Shown piece by piece: positions 35,148 through 45,515 of a stretch of DNA of 64,000 nucleotides (the first letter of the stretch is position 1; each line of letters begins with the position of its first letter). Under the pieces are notes generated by a model. It did not search any database. It was not told where the DNA came from and worked only from the letters and a program-made list of their open reading frames with translations. Origin of the DNA: a virus (Duplodnaviria > Caudoviricetes); IMG/VR virus record IMGVR_UViG_3300048579_000388, positions 10,454 through 74,453 of that record; one strand, 5' to 3'. Position numbers and translations under genes: made by a program.

Positions 35148-36059
35148 ATGTCCTTTGCCTATGGTCATATCGCACAGCGGCTGTTCGATACGCCGCTGAT
35201 GTATGATCCGCGCAAGGCAGAAGCCTTTGTCGATGGGCTGGGCGGTCGCATTGCAGGATCTGATATCGTCGTGGCCAATCCTGGCGGCGCTGTCGACCAC
35301 AGCACGAGCCGGCCATCGGCCGCCAAGCTCGGCGACAAACTGGCCAAGCTCTACGAGCGTTACGATGAAATGCCGTTCTATCTCGACGGCACGGTCGCGA
35401 TCATTCCGATCGAAGGCAGCCTGGTCCACAAGGGCAGTTTCGTCGGCAAGTCGTCGGGCGTGACGTCTTACGAAGGGCTTCAGGCACAAATCAGCATCGC
35501 CAAGAAGTCGCCAAAGGTGCGCGGGGTCGTCTTTGAGGTCGACAGCTTCGGCGGCGAGGTGAGCGGCGGCTTCGAAACCGCGGCCGCCATTTCCGATCTG
35601 TCGAAGGCCAAGCCGACGATCGCTATCCTGACCGACTATGCGTATTCGGCCGCTTATCTGCTGGCCAGCCAGGCGCGGCAGATCATCGCGCCGAAATTCG
35701 GCGGGGCAGGGTCGATCGGCGTGATCATGATGCACGCTGACTATTCCCGCCAGATCGCCAATGCCGGTGTGTCCGTGACGATCATCCGGGCCGGCGGGCG
35801 CAAGGCCGAGGGCAACCCCTATGAGCCGCTGCCGTCGGATGTTGCTGAGCGGTGGCAGGCGCAGGTCGAGGCGATGCGGCAGGATTTTGCCGCTGTCGTC
35901 GGCAAGGGACGCGGTAGCCGGTTCACGGCAGCCAAGGCGCTCAAGACCGAGGCCGAGGCCTATGACGCCAACGGTGCGCTGGCGCTCGGCCTGATCGATG
36001 CGATCGCCGATCCGGTCGCGGCTTACGATGCCTTCGTGACGGCTATCAATAGGACCTGA
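35148..36059 (+). CDS. S49-family prohead protease (gpC-like)
   Basis: IEGSLVHK, VDSFGGEVSG, YSAAYLLASQA, GSIGV. Confidence 0.93.
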   Translation: MSFAYGHIAQRLFDTPLMYDPRKAEAFVDGLGGRIAGSDIVVANPGGAVDHSTSRPSAAKLGDKLAKLYERYDEMPFYLDGTVAIIPIEGSLVHKGSFVGKSSGVTSYEGLQAQISIAKKSPKVRGVVFEVDSFGGEVSGGFETAAAISDLSKAKPTIAILTDYAYSAAYLLASQARQIIAPKFGGAGSIGVIMMHADYSRQIANAGVSVTIIRAGGRKAEGNPYEPLPSDVAERWQAQVEAMRQDFAAVVGKGRGSRFTAAKALKTEAEAYDANGALALGLIDAIADPVAAYDAFVTAINRT

Positions 36060-36063
36060 GACC

Positions 36064-36603
36064 ATGGGACTTCTCGACACAATCCGGGCGGCAGTCGCCG
36101 GGCCGGACGGGACCGCCATGTCCACCGATCCGGCGGACGTGAATGAAGATATCAACCGCCCCTGCGGGGCCAGCAAGGAGGCCGAGATGGCTGACAAGGA
36201 TACCGCGCCCGGAGCGGCTACGACCGGGATTTCGGAGGCCGATCACAAGGCCGCTGTGACGAAGGCGGAGACCGATGGCAAGGCGGCCGGCCGCAAGGAG
36301 GCGACCGAGCGGGTGACGACCATTCTTGCTGCCGACGGCATCAAGGGCGACGGCACGCGCATGTCGGCCGCTCTCGACCTGGCCACCAAGTCGCCAGACA
36401 TGGCGGCTGAAGACGTGGTCGGCTACGTGACGGCCAATGTCACCGCCGGCAAACCCAGCGCCGCTGCGTCTTACGAGCAGCAGCGTCTGGCCTCTGCCGG
36501 CCTCACCGAGCCTGGCGGCGCCAATGCGACGTCCGCCAAGGCTGATCTCAACCCGAGCTCGATCTACGCGGCGCGCCGCGAAGCGGCCCAGAAAGGAGCC
36601 TGA
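36064..36603 (+). CDS. Putative scaffolding protein (Nu3-like)
   Basis: Ala-rich ORF between protease and decoration gene; ATERVTTIL. Confidence 0.6.
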   Translation: MGLLDTIRAAVAGPDGTAMSTDPADVNEDINRPCGASKEAEMADKDTAPGAATTGISEADHKAAVTKAETDGKAAGRKEATERVTTILAADGIKGDGTRMSAALDLATKSPDMAAEDVVGYVTANVTAGKPSAAASYEQQRLASAGLTEPGGANATSAKADLNPSSIYAARREAAQKGA

Positions 36604-36605
36604 TC

Positions 36606-37256
36606 ATGAGCGCTATCACTGAAAAGGCGAGGGCTCTGGCCTTCATCCTGTCGGAGGCGAACGGCTATCAGAGCCGCGAAGTTCTGACCGTTGCTTCCGG
36701 CGCCGGCAAGCTTGAGGCCGGGACGGTGCTCGGCAAGCTGTCGATTGGCGCAGCGACCGCGGCGGCGAAGAGCGGCGGAAATACGGGTAACGGTACTATC
36801 AGCGCTGTTACCGTGCTCAGCGGCGCGAAGGCCGGCGTCTACGCGCTGCGCTTTACTTCTGCAACTGCATGGACGCTGACCGACCCGGACGGTTTCTCGC
36901 TCGGCGCCGGCGCCAATGGCGCGGCCAATGCCAACGATCTCGGATTTACCACCACTGCCGGCGGCACGCCATTCGTGGCCGGCGACGGCTTCGATATCAC
37001 TGTCGCCGCTGGAAGCGGCGTGTATTGGCCCTCAACACATGCAGCATCCGCCAACAAGGCGGGCATCGAGAGTGCAAGCGCAATCCTGGCCTACGGCGTA
37101 GATGCGACTTCGGCGGCCGTCGATGCGGTCTGCATCGCCAACGATGCAGAGGTAAAGGAGCCGATGCTGCTCTTCGACGCCAGCGTCGACGACAACACCA
37201 AAAAACAGGCGAAGATCGCGCAGTTGCGCGCGAATTCGCGCATCAAGGCACGGTAA
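36606..37256 (+). CDS. Head decoration protein (gpD family) with internal insertion
   Basis: FILSEANGYQSRE...LEAGTVLGK ... ASAILAYGVDAT...DAEV. Confidence 0.85.
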   Translation: MSAITEKARALAFILSEANGYQSREVLTVASGAGKLEAGTVLGKLSIGAATAAAKSGGNTGNGTISAVTVLSGAKAGVYALRFTSATAWTLTDPDGFSLGAGANGAANANDLGFTTTAGGTPFVAGDGFDITVAAGSGVYWPSTHAASANKAGIESASAILAYGVDATSAAVDAVCIANDAEVKEPMLLFDASVDDNTKKQAKIAQLRANSRIKAR

Positions 37257-37267
37257 GGAGAACTGAC

Positions 37268-38278
37268 ATGACCTCTCAGAATGTTCATACCGGCGATCCT
37301 TTCAGCCTTGAAAGCCTGACCGCCGCTGTCAACAAGAAGCATTACCGCCCCGGGCAGGTGTCCGCGTCCGGCATCTTCGAAGAAGACGGCGTCACCACGA
37401 CGCTGATCTCGGTCGAGATGAAGGACGGCAAGCTCGGCCTGGTCGATCCCAGCCAGCGCGGCGGTCCCGGCGAAACGACCGACGACGAAGATCGCAAGAA
37501 GATCCCGGTCGAAATCCCGCACTACCAGCGCGATGACAGCATTCTCGCCGATGAAGTGCAGAATGTCCGCGCGTTTGGCAGCGAGAGTTCTGCCGAGATG
37601 CTGGAGGATCGTGTGAACGGAAAGGCGCAGCGTCACGCTGCCGACCTGACCATGACGCTGGAACATCAACGCGTCGGCGCTATCAAGGGCATCGTCACGT
37701 CCAAATCCGGCGGGACGCTGATCAACCTCTATACGGCCTTCGGGATTGCGGTGCCGGACGCAGTATCGCTGGAGCTCGACGTGGATGCGACGAAGGTCGC
37801 TTCCTTGTTCCAGGATGTGCTCTACAGCATCGAAGACTCTCTCGACGAGCCTTATGACGGACTACACGTCTTCACCGGTCGCGATCTTCATAAGGCGCTT
37901 TGGACGCATAAATCCGTGCAGGACACGTTCATCTATCATCAGGGCGCGGCACAGCTCCGTCTCGATGTGCCGGACACGTTCCAGTTCGCGGGCGCTACCT
38001 GGGAGCGCTACAAGACCGGCGCCAAGGCCACAACCGATCTCGGTGCGCCCTATATCGCAGCCAACGAGGCGCGTGTTGTGCCGAAGGGTGTCGCGGACCT
38101 CTTCATCACCCGATTTGCGCCGGCTGATTACAACGAGACCGTCAACACCAAGGGTCTGCCGTACTATTCCCGGGCCACCGAGAAGCGGAACGGCAAGGGC
38201 TACGACCTCGAAGTGCAGATGAACGCGATTTCGATCTGCACCCGGCCGGAAGTGCTGCGCAAGTTGACCCTCACCTGA
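37268..38278 (+). CDS. Major capsid protein (gpE family)
   Basis: FSLESLTAAVN, SGIFEEDGVTT, TLEHQRVGAIKG, QMNAISICTRPEVL; AAGGAG SD. Confidence 0.93.
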   Translation: MTSQNVHTGDPFSLESLTAAVNKKHYRPGQVSASGIFEEDGVTTTLISVEMKDGKLGLVDPSQRGGPGETTDDEDRKKIPVEIPHYQRDDSILADEVQNVRAFGSESSAEMLEDRVNGKAQRHAADLTMTLEHQRVGAIKGIVTSKSGGTLINLYTAFGIAVPDAVSLELDVDATKVASLFQDVLYSIEDSLDEPYDGLHVFTGRDLHKALWTHKSVQDTFIYHQGAAQLRLDVPDTFQFAGATWERYKTGAKATTDLGAPYIAANEARVVPKGVADLFITRFAPADYNETVNTKGLPYYSRATEKRNGKGYDLEVQMNAISICTRPEVLRKLTLT

Positions 38279-38302
38279 TCGGCCCAAATGGATCGACCAG
38301 GC

Positions 38303-38331
38303 AAAGGCCGGGCAGGAGCCCGGCCTTTTTG
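38303..38331 (+). terminator. Intrinsic terminator after the major capsid gene
   Basis: AAAGGCCGGG-CAGGAG-CCCGGCCTTT stem running into a T tract. Confidence 0.75.
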
Positions 38332-38381
38332 TTTCCAGACGCCTCGATCGCGAGGCGTGCGGCAACGGAAAGGATGCTGTC

Positions 38382-38753
38382 ATGTCCAAGAAAATATGGA
38401 TCAGTGCACCCAACGGCCTCATTCTCAGCGCCGCTGCGATGGACTCCAAGAAAGATGTCGCGATCGGCGCACATGAGCCGGCGGAAGTTCCGGAGGGTTA
38501 TGGCCGGCATCTGATCGCCGACAGGTTCGCGGTCGAAGTCGACAAGCCGAAGGCCGCGCCGGAGAAGGCGCAGAAGAAGGCCACCGTCACCAAGTCCGAC
38601 GAGGACGCGGCTAGGAAGCTCTCCGATGCGGAGAAGGCTGTTTCCGACGCCGAGGCGGCTGTGATCGCAGCCGGCGACGATCTCGCCAAGAAGGCGGAGG
38701 CAGAGAAGGCCCTTGAGGCTGCCAAGGCCGCGCTCGCAGCGCTCAAGGCCTGA
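38382..38753 (+). CDS. Hypothetical head-associated protein (Ala/Lys-rich C-terminus)
   Basis: AAGGA SD; position after the capsid gene. Confidence 0.65.
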   Translation: MSKKIWISAPNGLILSAAAMDSKKDVAIGAHEPAEVPEGYGRHLIADRFAVEVDKPKAAPEKAQKKATVTKSDEDAARKLSDAEKAVSDAEAAVIAAGDDLAKKAEAEKALEAAKAALAALKA

Positions 38754-38757
38754 TCCT

Positions 38758-39132
38758 ATGGATTTCGCCCAGGCCAAGGCGCGGCTTGTCCGCCAGTCGC
38801 GCGAGACGTTTGGGGAAAAGGTGACGATCCGGCCGATGAAGGCTGGGGAGTTGAAGAGGGTGGCGGACCCGGATCGGGCGGTGATGACTGACATTGCCGC
38901 CCGATTTGATTATGCACTTGAGCCGGTCAAGCTTGGTGGCAGCGATCGGACTGGGCCTCTGATGCCTATTTCTGAGGACAACCCATCGTTTTCCATCCCG
39001 CGCGAGCTTCTCTCCTGGGACCCTCGGTCCGGTGATGTGATCGAGCGTGCAAGCGGCGAGCGCTGCGAGATCGTGCGCGCCGGTGACGACGGTGCGAAGG
39101 TTGCCTTGTTCTTTGTGTCGCGAGGTGGCTGA
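38758..39132 (+). CDS. Putative head-tail joining/closure protein
   Basis: MDFAQAK...TFGEKVTIRP...GDVIERASGERCEIVR; position. Confidence 0.6.
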   Translation: MDFAQAKARLVRQSRETFGEKVTIRPMKAGELKRVADPDRAVMTDIAARFDYALEPVKLGGSDRTGPLMPISEDNPSFSIPRELLSWDPRSGDVIERASGERCEIVRAGDDGAKVALFFVSRGG

Positions 39133-39134
39133 CG

Positions 39135-39941
39135 ATGTCCATCGTGCGGCAGTTGACCCAGATTTGCATGGTGCGAGCCTTCCGAGGGCAGACCTTGGCC
39201 GGCAATGCGGTGCTGGACAGCAATATTACCGGGCTATCGGCCTTCGACTACAAGGACGAGCAGCCGGTAATTGCCTGTTCGATCGAGGAGGTTGAACTCG
39301 ACGACAAGTATGGCCGGGGCCTTTTCGGTCGCGCCGCCGAGACGAAAATCTATATTCAGACGGCAGTTGCAACGAAGGGAAGCTATATCGTCGTCACCGG
39401 AGAGGGCACCGAGCGGGTCGAGGAATTCAAAGAGATCGGTTCGACGGATGCCGCGCGGGAGGCGACCCTCAACATTCTCGATCGGCAATGGAAACAGGCG
39501 CTAACCGATCCGGCCAATGTCTGGGGCGACCGATTCCGGCAACTGGTCCCGCATGTTGGACGCGTCAAGGATTTGCGGATAACCGACCCCGAGGGCGGCC
39601 GGAAATATGCCGCCCGTGTTTATGAGATCAGCGGCACCATGATCGCTGAACCAGATTTCGGCGCAGATCTGCCAGAAGATATCGACGCGATCATGACTGC
39701 CGTGGGTGCCATCCCTGATTATGCCGATCTGATAGCGATCTGGCGTGATCTCTTCAGCAAGGCCGCGAGCGACGATCCGATTGCGCGGTCGCAGGCCTCG
39801 GCGGCACTTTCGTCAACGGCCTTTGCCGCACTGGGCCTGCATCGGCTCGATCCAGAGGGTGACGACTTCACCACGGGCGTGTTTGCGAATGACGGCCGGG
39901 ACGATATCGAGGTCGTGGCCGAGGACGAGGATCAGCCGTGA
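39135..39941 (+). CDS. Conserved phage structural protein (possible tail terminator)
   Basis: 268-aa ORF between the head-completion and baseplate genes. Confidence 0.6.
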   Translation: MSIVRQLTQICMVRAFRGQTLAGNAVLDSNITGLSAFDYKDEQPVIACSIEEVELDDKYGRGLFGRAAETKIYIQTAVATKGSYIVVTGEGTERVEEFKEIGSTDAAREATLNILDRQWKQALTDPANVWGDRFRQLVPHVGRVKDLRITDPEGGRKYAARVYEISGTMIAEPDFGADLPEDIDAIMTAVGAIPDYADLIAIWRDLFSKAASDDPIARSQASAALSSTAFAALGLHRLDPEGDDFTTGVFANDGRDDIEVVAEDEDQP

Positions 39942-40519
39942 GCAGGGATAGTCTCGGGGAGGATCTCGGCAAGATGGTCGCCGACATGCTCGGGCCGATT
40001 ATCCGAGACATTCATGTGCTGAAGAATGCTTTCTCAAGCATGGCGCTCGAAGGTTCGATCGAGGAGGTCGATGCCGAGCAAGGGTATCGCGTCAAGCTTG
40101 GCGAGGGGCAGGACGGGCAGCCGTTCCTGTCGGGGTGGATACCGCATCCCGAGACGGCCAAGAGCTCAGTGCCTCTGAAAAAAGGGATGCGTGTGGGGCT
40201 GTTCTGCCCCGGTGGCGATCTTCGCCAGGCGATGATCGTGCGTGCTGGCTATTCTGACGAGCATCCCAGTCCCAATCAGGACATGAACGCGAATGTGTTC
40301 GAAGATGCCGGGGTCAAGCTGACGGTCGCGGACAACAAACTTACGTCGGTGATCGGCGGCGCCACCTGGGAGCAGAGTGGTGACGGAGTCAACCTCACCG
40401 TCGGTGGCACGACTTTCTCCTTTACAGGCGCCGGGTACACCCAGACTGGCGGAATGCAGATCCATGATGGGAAAGATGTGGGTGCGACGCATACGAATGA
40501 AGGCCTGAAGGTGGATTGA
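39938..40519 (+). CDS. Baseplate spike (P2 gpV-like)
   Basis: GSIEEVDAEQG...LSGWIP...GMRVGLFCPGGDLRQA. Confidence 0.85.
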   Translation: MSRDSLGEDLGKMVADMLGPIIRDIHVLKNAFSSMALEGSIEEVDAEQGYRVKLGEGQDGQPFLSGWIPHPETAKSSVPLKKGMRVGLFCPGGDLRQAMIVRAGYSDEHPSPNQDMNANVFEDAGVKLTVADNKLTSVIGGATWEQSGDGVNLTVGGTTFSFTGAGYTQTGGMQIHDGKDVGATHTNEGLKVD

Positions 40520-40520
40520 G

Positions 40521-40916
40521 ATGGCCGATTTCGACAGGAATACCGGCGCGGTGATCGATAATTTCCAGTCGGCGCTGCAAGGGGTGGAAGTCACCTTCAT
40601 TACGCGGCTCGGCGACACGATCATGCTGCGCGAATTCGGCGCTGGGCTGCTCGATCTCCTCGGCAGGCTGATGGTGCCGCGATTGATGATGGCGTTTCAG
40701 CAGCTGATCGTTACGGCGATCGACCTTTGGGAGCCGCGGTTTCAGGTGCGGCAGATCCTGTTCGAAGGCTCGGTCGACCAGCTGCGGCTCGGCAGTGCCA
40801 AGTTCGGCATCGAGGTCGATTATCGGCCACGCGGCCATCTCGGCGACTTCACCGTCGAACGGATGGTGAATTTCACACTGACATTCGACAGCAGGGGCAT
40901 TCGGGCGGCGGCATGA
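40521..40916 (+). CDS. Baseplate wedge protein (GPW/gp25 family)
   Basis: TRLGDTIMLREFGAGL...IDLWEPRF. Confidence 0.88.
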   Translation: MADFDRNTGAVIDNFQSALQGVEVTFITRLGDTIMLREFGAGLLDLLGRLMVPRLMMAFQQLIVTAIDLWEPRFQVRQILFEGSVDQLRLGSAKFGIEVDYRPRGHLGDFTVERMVNFTLTFDSRGIRAAA

Positions 40917-41842
40917 CAACGATCATCAATGTTGCCGACCTCGCGCCGCCAGAGGCGATCGAGGCGCTTAGCCATGCCGCGATCATGGAGCGCCAGAAGA
41001 CGCTTTTCCAGTCCTACTGGGAGAGCGTGCGGGCGAGCAATCCAGATCTCAATCTGCCCGCCTACGACGTTGACATGCTGGCGCATAGCCCACCTGTCGT
41101 CATCGGTCGGGCGGAGAGCTATCGCGAGCTGTTGCTGCGTGCTCGGGTCAACGATGCGCTGCGCGCCGTGCTGCCCGCCTTTGCGCGCGGTACCGATCTC
41201 GATCAGGTCGTCGCACGAGCCAATGTCCAGCGGCTTGCAACGGCTTTCGATGAGGACGGCAACGCGACGGCATGGGAGAGCGACGCCAAGCTTCTCGATC
41301 GCTATCTTGCCGCTTTCGCGCGGCCGGCTGCCGGATCGGAAGATGGCTATATCTATGCCGCCGCCACCGCGTGGCCGCAACGCCATGATATCAAGGTCTA
41401 TGGCTATGAAGCGCCTGAGCTCGGTTTCGAACCTGGCGATGTTGGCGTTTACTTGCTCGCCGCTGACGGCGGTTCGGTTTCCGATGAGGCGATGGCCTCC
41501 GTTGTGCGAGCGCTCAACCCCAAGACAGCGCGGCCGCGTACCGATGTTGTGGAGGTGCGTCGCGCGACCGTGGGCACCTGGTCCCTGGCGGCCAAGCTGA
41601 TTATCCGCCGAGGGGCATCGCCCGAAGCCGTCGTCGCTGCTCGCCGTACGGCAGTGCAGGCCTTCGCCGACGCGCGCCATCACATTGGCGGCCTTGTCAC
41701 GGCCGTCGGTGCGGTTTCTGCGCTTTGGGACCCCAATGTCATCAATGTCGAGGTCACCGCGCCGCTGGCCGACATTCCATCGGCGCGGGATAAGGCGCCG
41801 TTTCTGACGTCGATCAACCTGACCTATGAGGTGCAGCTGTGA
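40913..41842 (+). CDS. Baseplate J protein
   Basis: DLAPPEAIEAL, YRELLLRARVNDA, FARGTDLD, ARPRTDVVEV. Confidence 0.9.
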   Translation: MTTIINVADLAPPEAIEALSHAAIMERQKTLFQSYWESVRASNPDLNLPAYDVDMLAHSPPVVIGRAESYRELLLRARVNDALRAVLPAFARGTDLDQVVARANVQRLATAFDEDGNATAWESDAKLLDRYLAAFARPAAGSEDGYIYAAATAWPQRHDIKVYGYEAPELGFEPGDVGVYLLAADGGSVSDEAMASVVRALNPKTARPRTDVVEVRRATVGTWSLAAKLIIRRGASPEAVVAARRTAVQAFADARHHIGGLVTAVGAVSALWDPNVINVEVTAPLADIPSARDKAPFLTSINLTYEVQL

Positions 41843-43116
41843 CCTTTCAGTCGCTTCTGCCATCCTCGTCCGGCATCTTCGAGAAAGCGATCGAGACGGT
41901 CTATGGCACCGCGCTCGATCAGCTTGAGCCGGAAGTGATCAAGACCTTCTGGGATCCTGATCTCTGCCCGGCCGAATATCTGTCTATCCTTGCGCATGCG
42001 CTTTCGGTCGATCTCTGGGACGATGATTGGGATGTGCTCAAGAAGCGCTCGATCATCAAGCGGTGGGTGCAGCTCGAATGGTCGAAGGGCACCTATGCCG
42101 GTTATAGGGATTTCATCGAGATCGCTGGCGGGCGGTTGGTCGAGGATCTCGCCGCGCCCCAGGGCTTCTATCTTGCCGAGGATCTGACCCAAGCGCAGTG
42201 GCAGGCCTGGATCGACCAGATGCCGCGGGTCCGGGTGACCTTCGCGCAAGGCCAGGGCGAATGGGTGCCGCCGTCTGGCCTCTATCTTGACCATTGGTTT
42301 CTGGACGAGGACTTCGAGGAGTTCGACGACGGCGAGGCGCTTTACGGACGCCAGGCCTATCTCCGGGAGAATGCCGGCGGCGAGGATCAGAAGCTCTTGC
42401 TGTCGCGGGTCTATGAGACGCGCGAGGAGCGACCCGGCTATGCGACCGAGCGCGTGGTCATTCCCGGGCTTGCCGGCGCGGCCTTCATTCTCGACGAAAG
42501 CTTCCTCGAGGACGATGCGACTGGCTTTCTCGATGGCGATGAGCGGGCGCCGCAGACCTATAGCTATGCCCTCAACCGGAGTTTCATCTATCAGGAAAGC
42601 GCCCTCGAGCTAACCGCGGTGCCGATCGGCTATCGGCCGCGCGACGTGCGCTACATCAGAGAGAGCCTGATCGGCGACGCGCTGGCTGATGCTCACCTCG
42701 ACGATTGGTATCTCGATGATGATCGCTTTCTGACCGAGGACGAAGGCGGAATGATGCTCGCCGACGTGCTGCATCTCCTCAATCCGGATATCGCCGCACC
42801 CCTGGTCGACGGCATTTCCTTCCTCGACGTCAGCCGGCTCGACATGGATCGCTTCACGCTCGAGCTGATGATCGATGCAACGACCATCCTGCCCTGGGGG
42901 CATTTCGTGCTCGATGTCAGCTTCCTGGATGAGGACTTCCTCGCCGACGAAGATCTCCGCCATCTGGACAAGATCATGCGCGCGATCGTGGCCGCCAAGG
43001 CCAAGCGCGACAAGGTTCTTGTCACTTTCGAAACCACCAAACCGCTCACGCTCGGCGACGCGCCGCGGCTCAATTCCGGCATGAAACTCGGCGCGCGCGT
43101 GCCGGCAACACTCTAA
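41839..43116 (+). CDS. Tail protein I (P2 gpI-like) with acidic repeat-containing extension
   Basis: WDPDLCPAEYLSILAHALSVDLWD...KGT. Confidence 0.85.
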   Translation: MTFQSLLPSSSGIFEKAIETVYGTALDQLEPEVIKTFWDPDLCPAEYLSILAHALSVDLWDDDWDVLKKRSIIKRWVQLEWSKGTYAGYRDFIEIAGGRLVEDLAAPQGFYLAEDLTQAQWQAWIDQMPRVRVTFAQGQGEWVPPSGLYLDHWFLDEDFEEFDDGEALYGRQAYLRENAGGEDQKLLLSRVYETREERPGYATERVVIPGLAGAAFILDESFLEDDATGFLDGDERAPQTYSYALNRSFIYQESALELTAVPIGYRPRDVRYIRESLIGDALADAHLDDWYLDDDRFLTEDEGGMMLADVLHLLNPDIAAPLVDGISFLDVSRLDMDRFTLELMIDATTILPWGHFVLDVSFLDEDFLADEDLRHLDKIMRAIVAAKAKRDKVLVTFETTKPLTLGDAPRLNSGMKLGARVPATL

Positions 43117-43134
43117 CGAAGATCTGGGGCTCCC

Positions 43135-45504
43135 ATGGAACGTACAGTCAATTTCCAGTCGAAACAGAAGGTCACCCGCAGCGATCTGGACAATATGGGT
43201 GACTTCGCCCGGGAGTCCATGGATCACGTCGTGATGGACGGCATCACGGATCTGCAGGGCTTCGTCGGCTTCTCTGTCGTGCGCACCGGTGTCGGCGAAG
43301 TGACCGTCGCGGCGGGTCGGTACTATGAGGCCGGCAAGGTGTTCGTAGACGACGCCGAGACGCGGCTCCCGCTCAACCTGCTCAACTACCTGGCGATCAA
43401 CCAGAAGCGGATCGTGACGATCGCCGTCAACGGCACGCTTGTCGACAATGACCAGCAGCCGCGCACCTTCCTGCTCGATGCGCAGCTGCGCACCACGGAA
43501 GCGCGCCAGATTTCGGTCGAGAGCCTGCGGCACGCCGAAATCACACCGGTACCTGGCGCCGAGAACGCAGATCCGTCGCCTCCGAACCTCAACGCCAATC
43601 TGCTTGCCATTGCCTATGTGACGATGTCGACCACCGATGTCATCGACATCACAATGGTCGCGGCTAACAGGCTGCCCTCTGTCAAGTCGCTCAACACTCG
43701 GCTCACGCTGGTCGAGAAGCGCCTCGACTTGGCCGGCTCGCGCATCGACACGCTCGGCACGGATATTTCCGGCCTGGCGGCGCTCTTGAAGACGAGGGCG
43801 CCGATGTCCTTCGTCACCAACCTCGCGCTCGACTACGCACTGACGAAGAAGCTGGCCGAACTGCCGTCCGACTACACGGCTTGGGAGGCCGACAATTATC
43901 TCAACGAGGACTATTCCGATACCGCGTTTTCCGGCTATTCGGCCTATGTCCGCGACGGTCTTCATTTTGGCAATGCCGGCCTTGCGCGCTCGGCGCTCGG
44001 GCTGCTCAACTCGACCGATCCGCGTATTACCGTCTCCGACAACATGGTCGGAGCGCGCCACATCAATGTCGCTCGTCTGTCGATCACGGGCAAAGACGCG
44101 GAAATCGCGCTGGCGAACTACAATGTTTCCACGACGAGCGTCGAAAAGCTGACGCGCACTCGCACCGAATGGCAGAATATCCATTATCAGTCGGTGCAAC
44201 CGGACGGTCTCTATGACGGCAGCTGGACGCTCGACTATGCCAACAATGCCGATGGCACCGGCTATGCCGACTATACCCGCACCAATCCCCAGACCGGGGA
44301 GAAAGAGCAGTGGAGCTATCAGGTTCTGAGCTACTGGCAATCGGCGCTCGGCGAGGGCTATGCGACTTACGCGTATGGCATCACCAAGCAGCTCGGCAGC
44401 AACTGGACCTATCGCGTCCTCAAGGCGATCGAGGAGCCTTACTGGGACACGGTCAAGACGACGGAAACCGTCAATGGCTTCACGCTGGGCCAGACCTTCC
44501 TGAATGCTCAGCAGGGTGCGCTGACCAAGGTCGACCTGTTCTTCACCAAGAAGGCGGCGATCGGAGACGTCCACCTCTACCTGACAGAGCTGGATACCGC
44601 TGGCCGGCCCAACATGTCGCGCGTGATCCAGAAGGTCAGCAAAGCGCCGGGCGACATAGTGGCCGACACCGCCGGCGAAACACCCACTACCTTCGTCTTC
44701 AGTGCAGACGCCATGGTCAAGGGCCAGCGCTACGGCCTGGTCGCGATCAGCCAAGGCGCGCATTTCCTTGCCGTGGTCAGCGGCAACAAGTACGGCCAGG
44801 GTCAGCTGTTTCAGAAAAACAACGGCGAATGGCAGGCTGGTTCCAGCGATCTCGACCTCGCCATGGTGCTGTGGTTCGCGGGCTATGATCAGACCCGTGT
44901 CGAGGTACAGCTCAACCCCGTCGAGCTCTCGGGCGGCATCGGCCGCATCGAGATCAACTGCGACACCTATATTCCGGAAGGCACCCGCATCGAGTGGGAG
45001 GGTTTCATCGGCGGCGTGTGGAAGTCGCTGACCGTCGTCAATGAGACGCTGATCTCACCGCTCGCGACCCGGCCGAATATCATCCAGCTGCGGGCCATTC
45101 TGATCGGCACGACGGACAGCATGCCCATGTTCGGCATCGGTGCGCTGCGGTCATCGGTAACGGTCAGTCGCAACAGCACGTCGCTCACGCATATCTCGAA
45201 GATCATCACCCTACCGAGCGCCTGCGACACGGTCGAGGTGGAGCTGGCGGCCAAGCACTGGAACGCGGGCCACCACACGCTGACCGCCAAGATCCTGGTC
45301 GGCGCCGGCTATACCACCGTCGAGAACTCCGACAGCACGATCGATCTCGAAGTGCCGGTCACCCAGGACGTGCTGAAGCGGCGCAAGCTGGTGTTCAACC
45401 TGGCCTCGGCTGTGACGTCTTTCCGCATTCGGATCGAGGCCACGACGTCCGACGCTGCCGACCAGCTCGCCATTACCAGCCGCAAGTCCGTGGCCTTCGC
45501 TTAA
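43135..45504 (+). CDS. Large baseplate/tail-fibre-associated structural protein (789 aa)
   Basis: Position after gpI; beta-rich composition. Confidence 0.65.
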   Translation: MERTVNFQSKQKVTRSDLDNMGDFARESMDHVVMDGITDLQGFVGFSVVRTGVGEVTVAAGRYYEAGKVFVDDAETRLPLNLLNYLAINQKRIVTIAVNGTLVDNDQQPRTFLLDAQLRTTEARQISVESLRHAEITPVPGAENADPSPPNLNANLLAIAYVTMSTTDVIDITMVAANRLPSVKSLNTRLTLVEKRLDLAGSRIDTLGTDISGLAALLKTRAPMSFVTNLALDYALTKKLAELPSDYTAWEADNYLNEDYSDTAFSGYSAYVRDGLHFGNAGLARSALGLLNSTDPRITVSDNMVGARHINVARLSITGKDAEIALANYNVSTTSVEKLTRTRTEWQNIHYQSVQPDGLYDGSWTLDYANNADGTGYADYTRTNPQTGEKEQWSYQVLSYWQSALGEGYATYAYGITKQLGSNWTYRVLKAIEEPYWDTVKTTETVNGFTLGQTFLNAQQGALTKVDLFFTKKAAIGDVHLYLTELDTAGRPNMSRVIQKVSKAPGDIVADTAGETPTTFVFSADAMVKGQRYGLVAISQGAHFLAVVSGNKYGQGQLFQKNNGEWQAGSSDLDLAMVLWFAGYDQTRVEVQLNPVELSGGIGRIEINCDTYIPEGTRIEWEGFIGGVWKSLTVVNETLISPLATRPNIIQLRAILIGTTDSMPMFGIGALRSSVTVSRNSTSLTHISKIITLPSACDTVEVELAAKHWNAGHHTLTAKILVGAGYTTVENSDSTIDLEVPVTQDVLKRRKLVFNLASAVTSFRIRIEATTSDAADQLAITSRKSVAFA

Positions 45505-45515
45505 GGAGCATTTCA

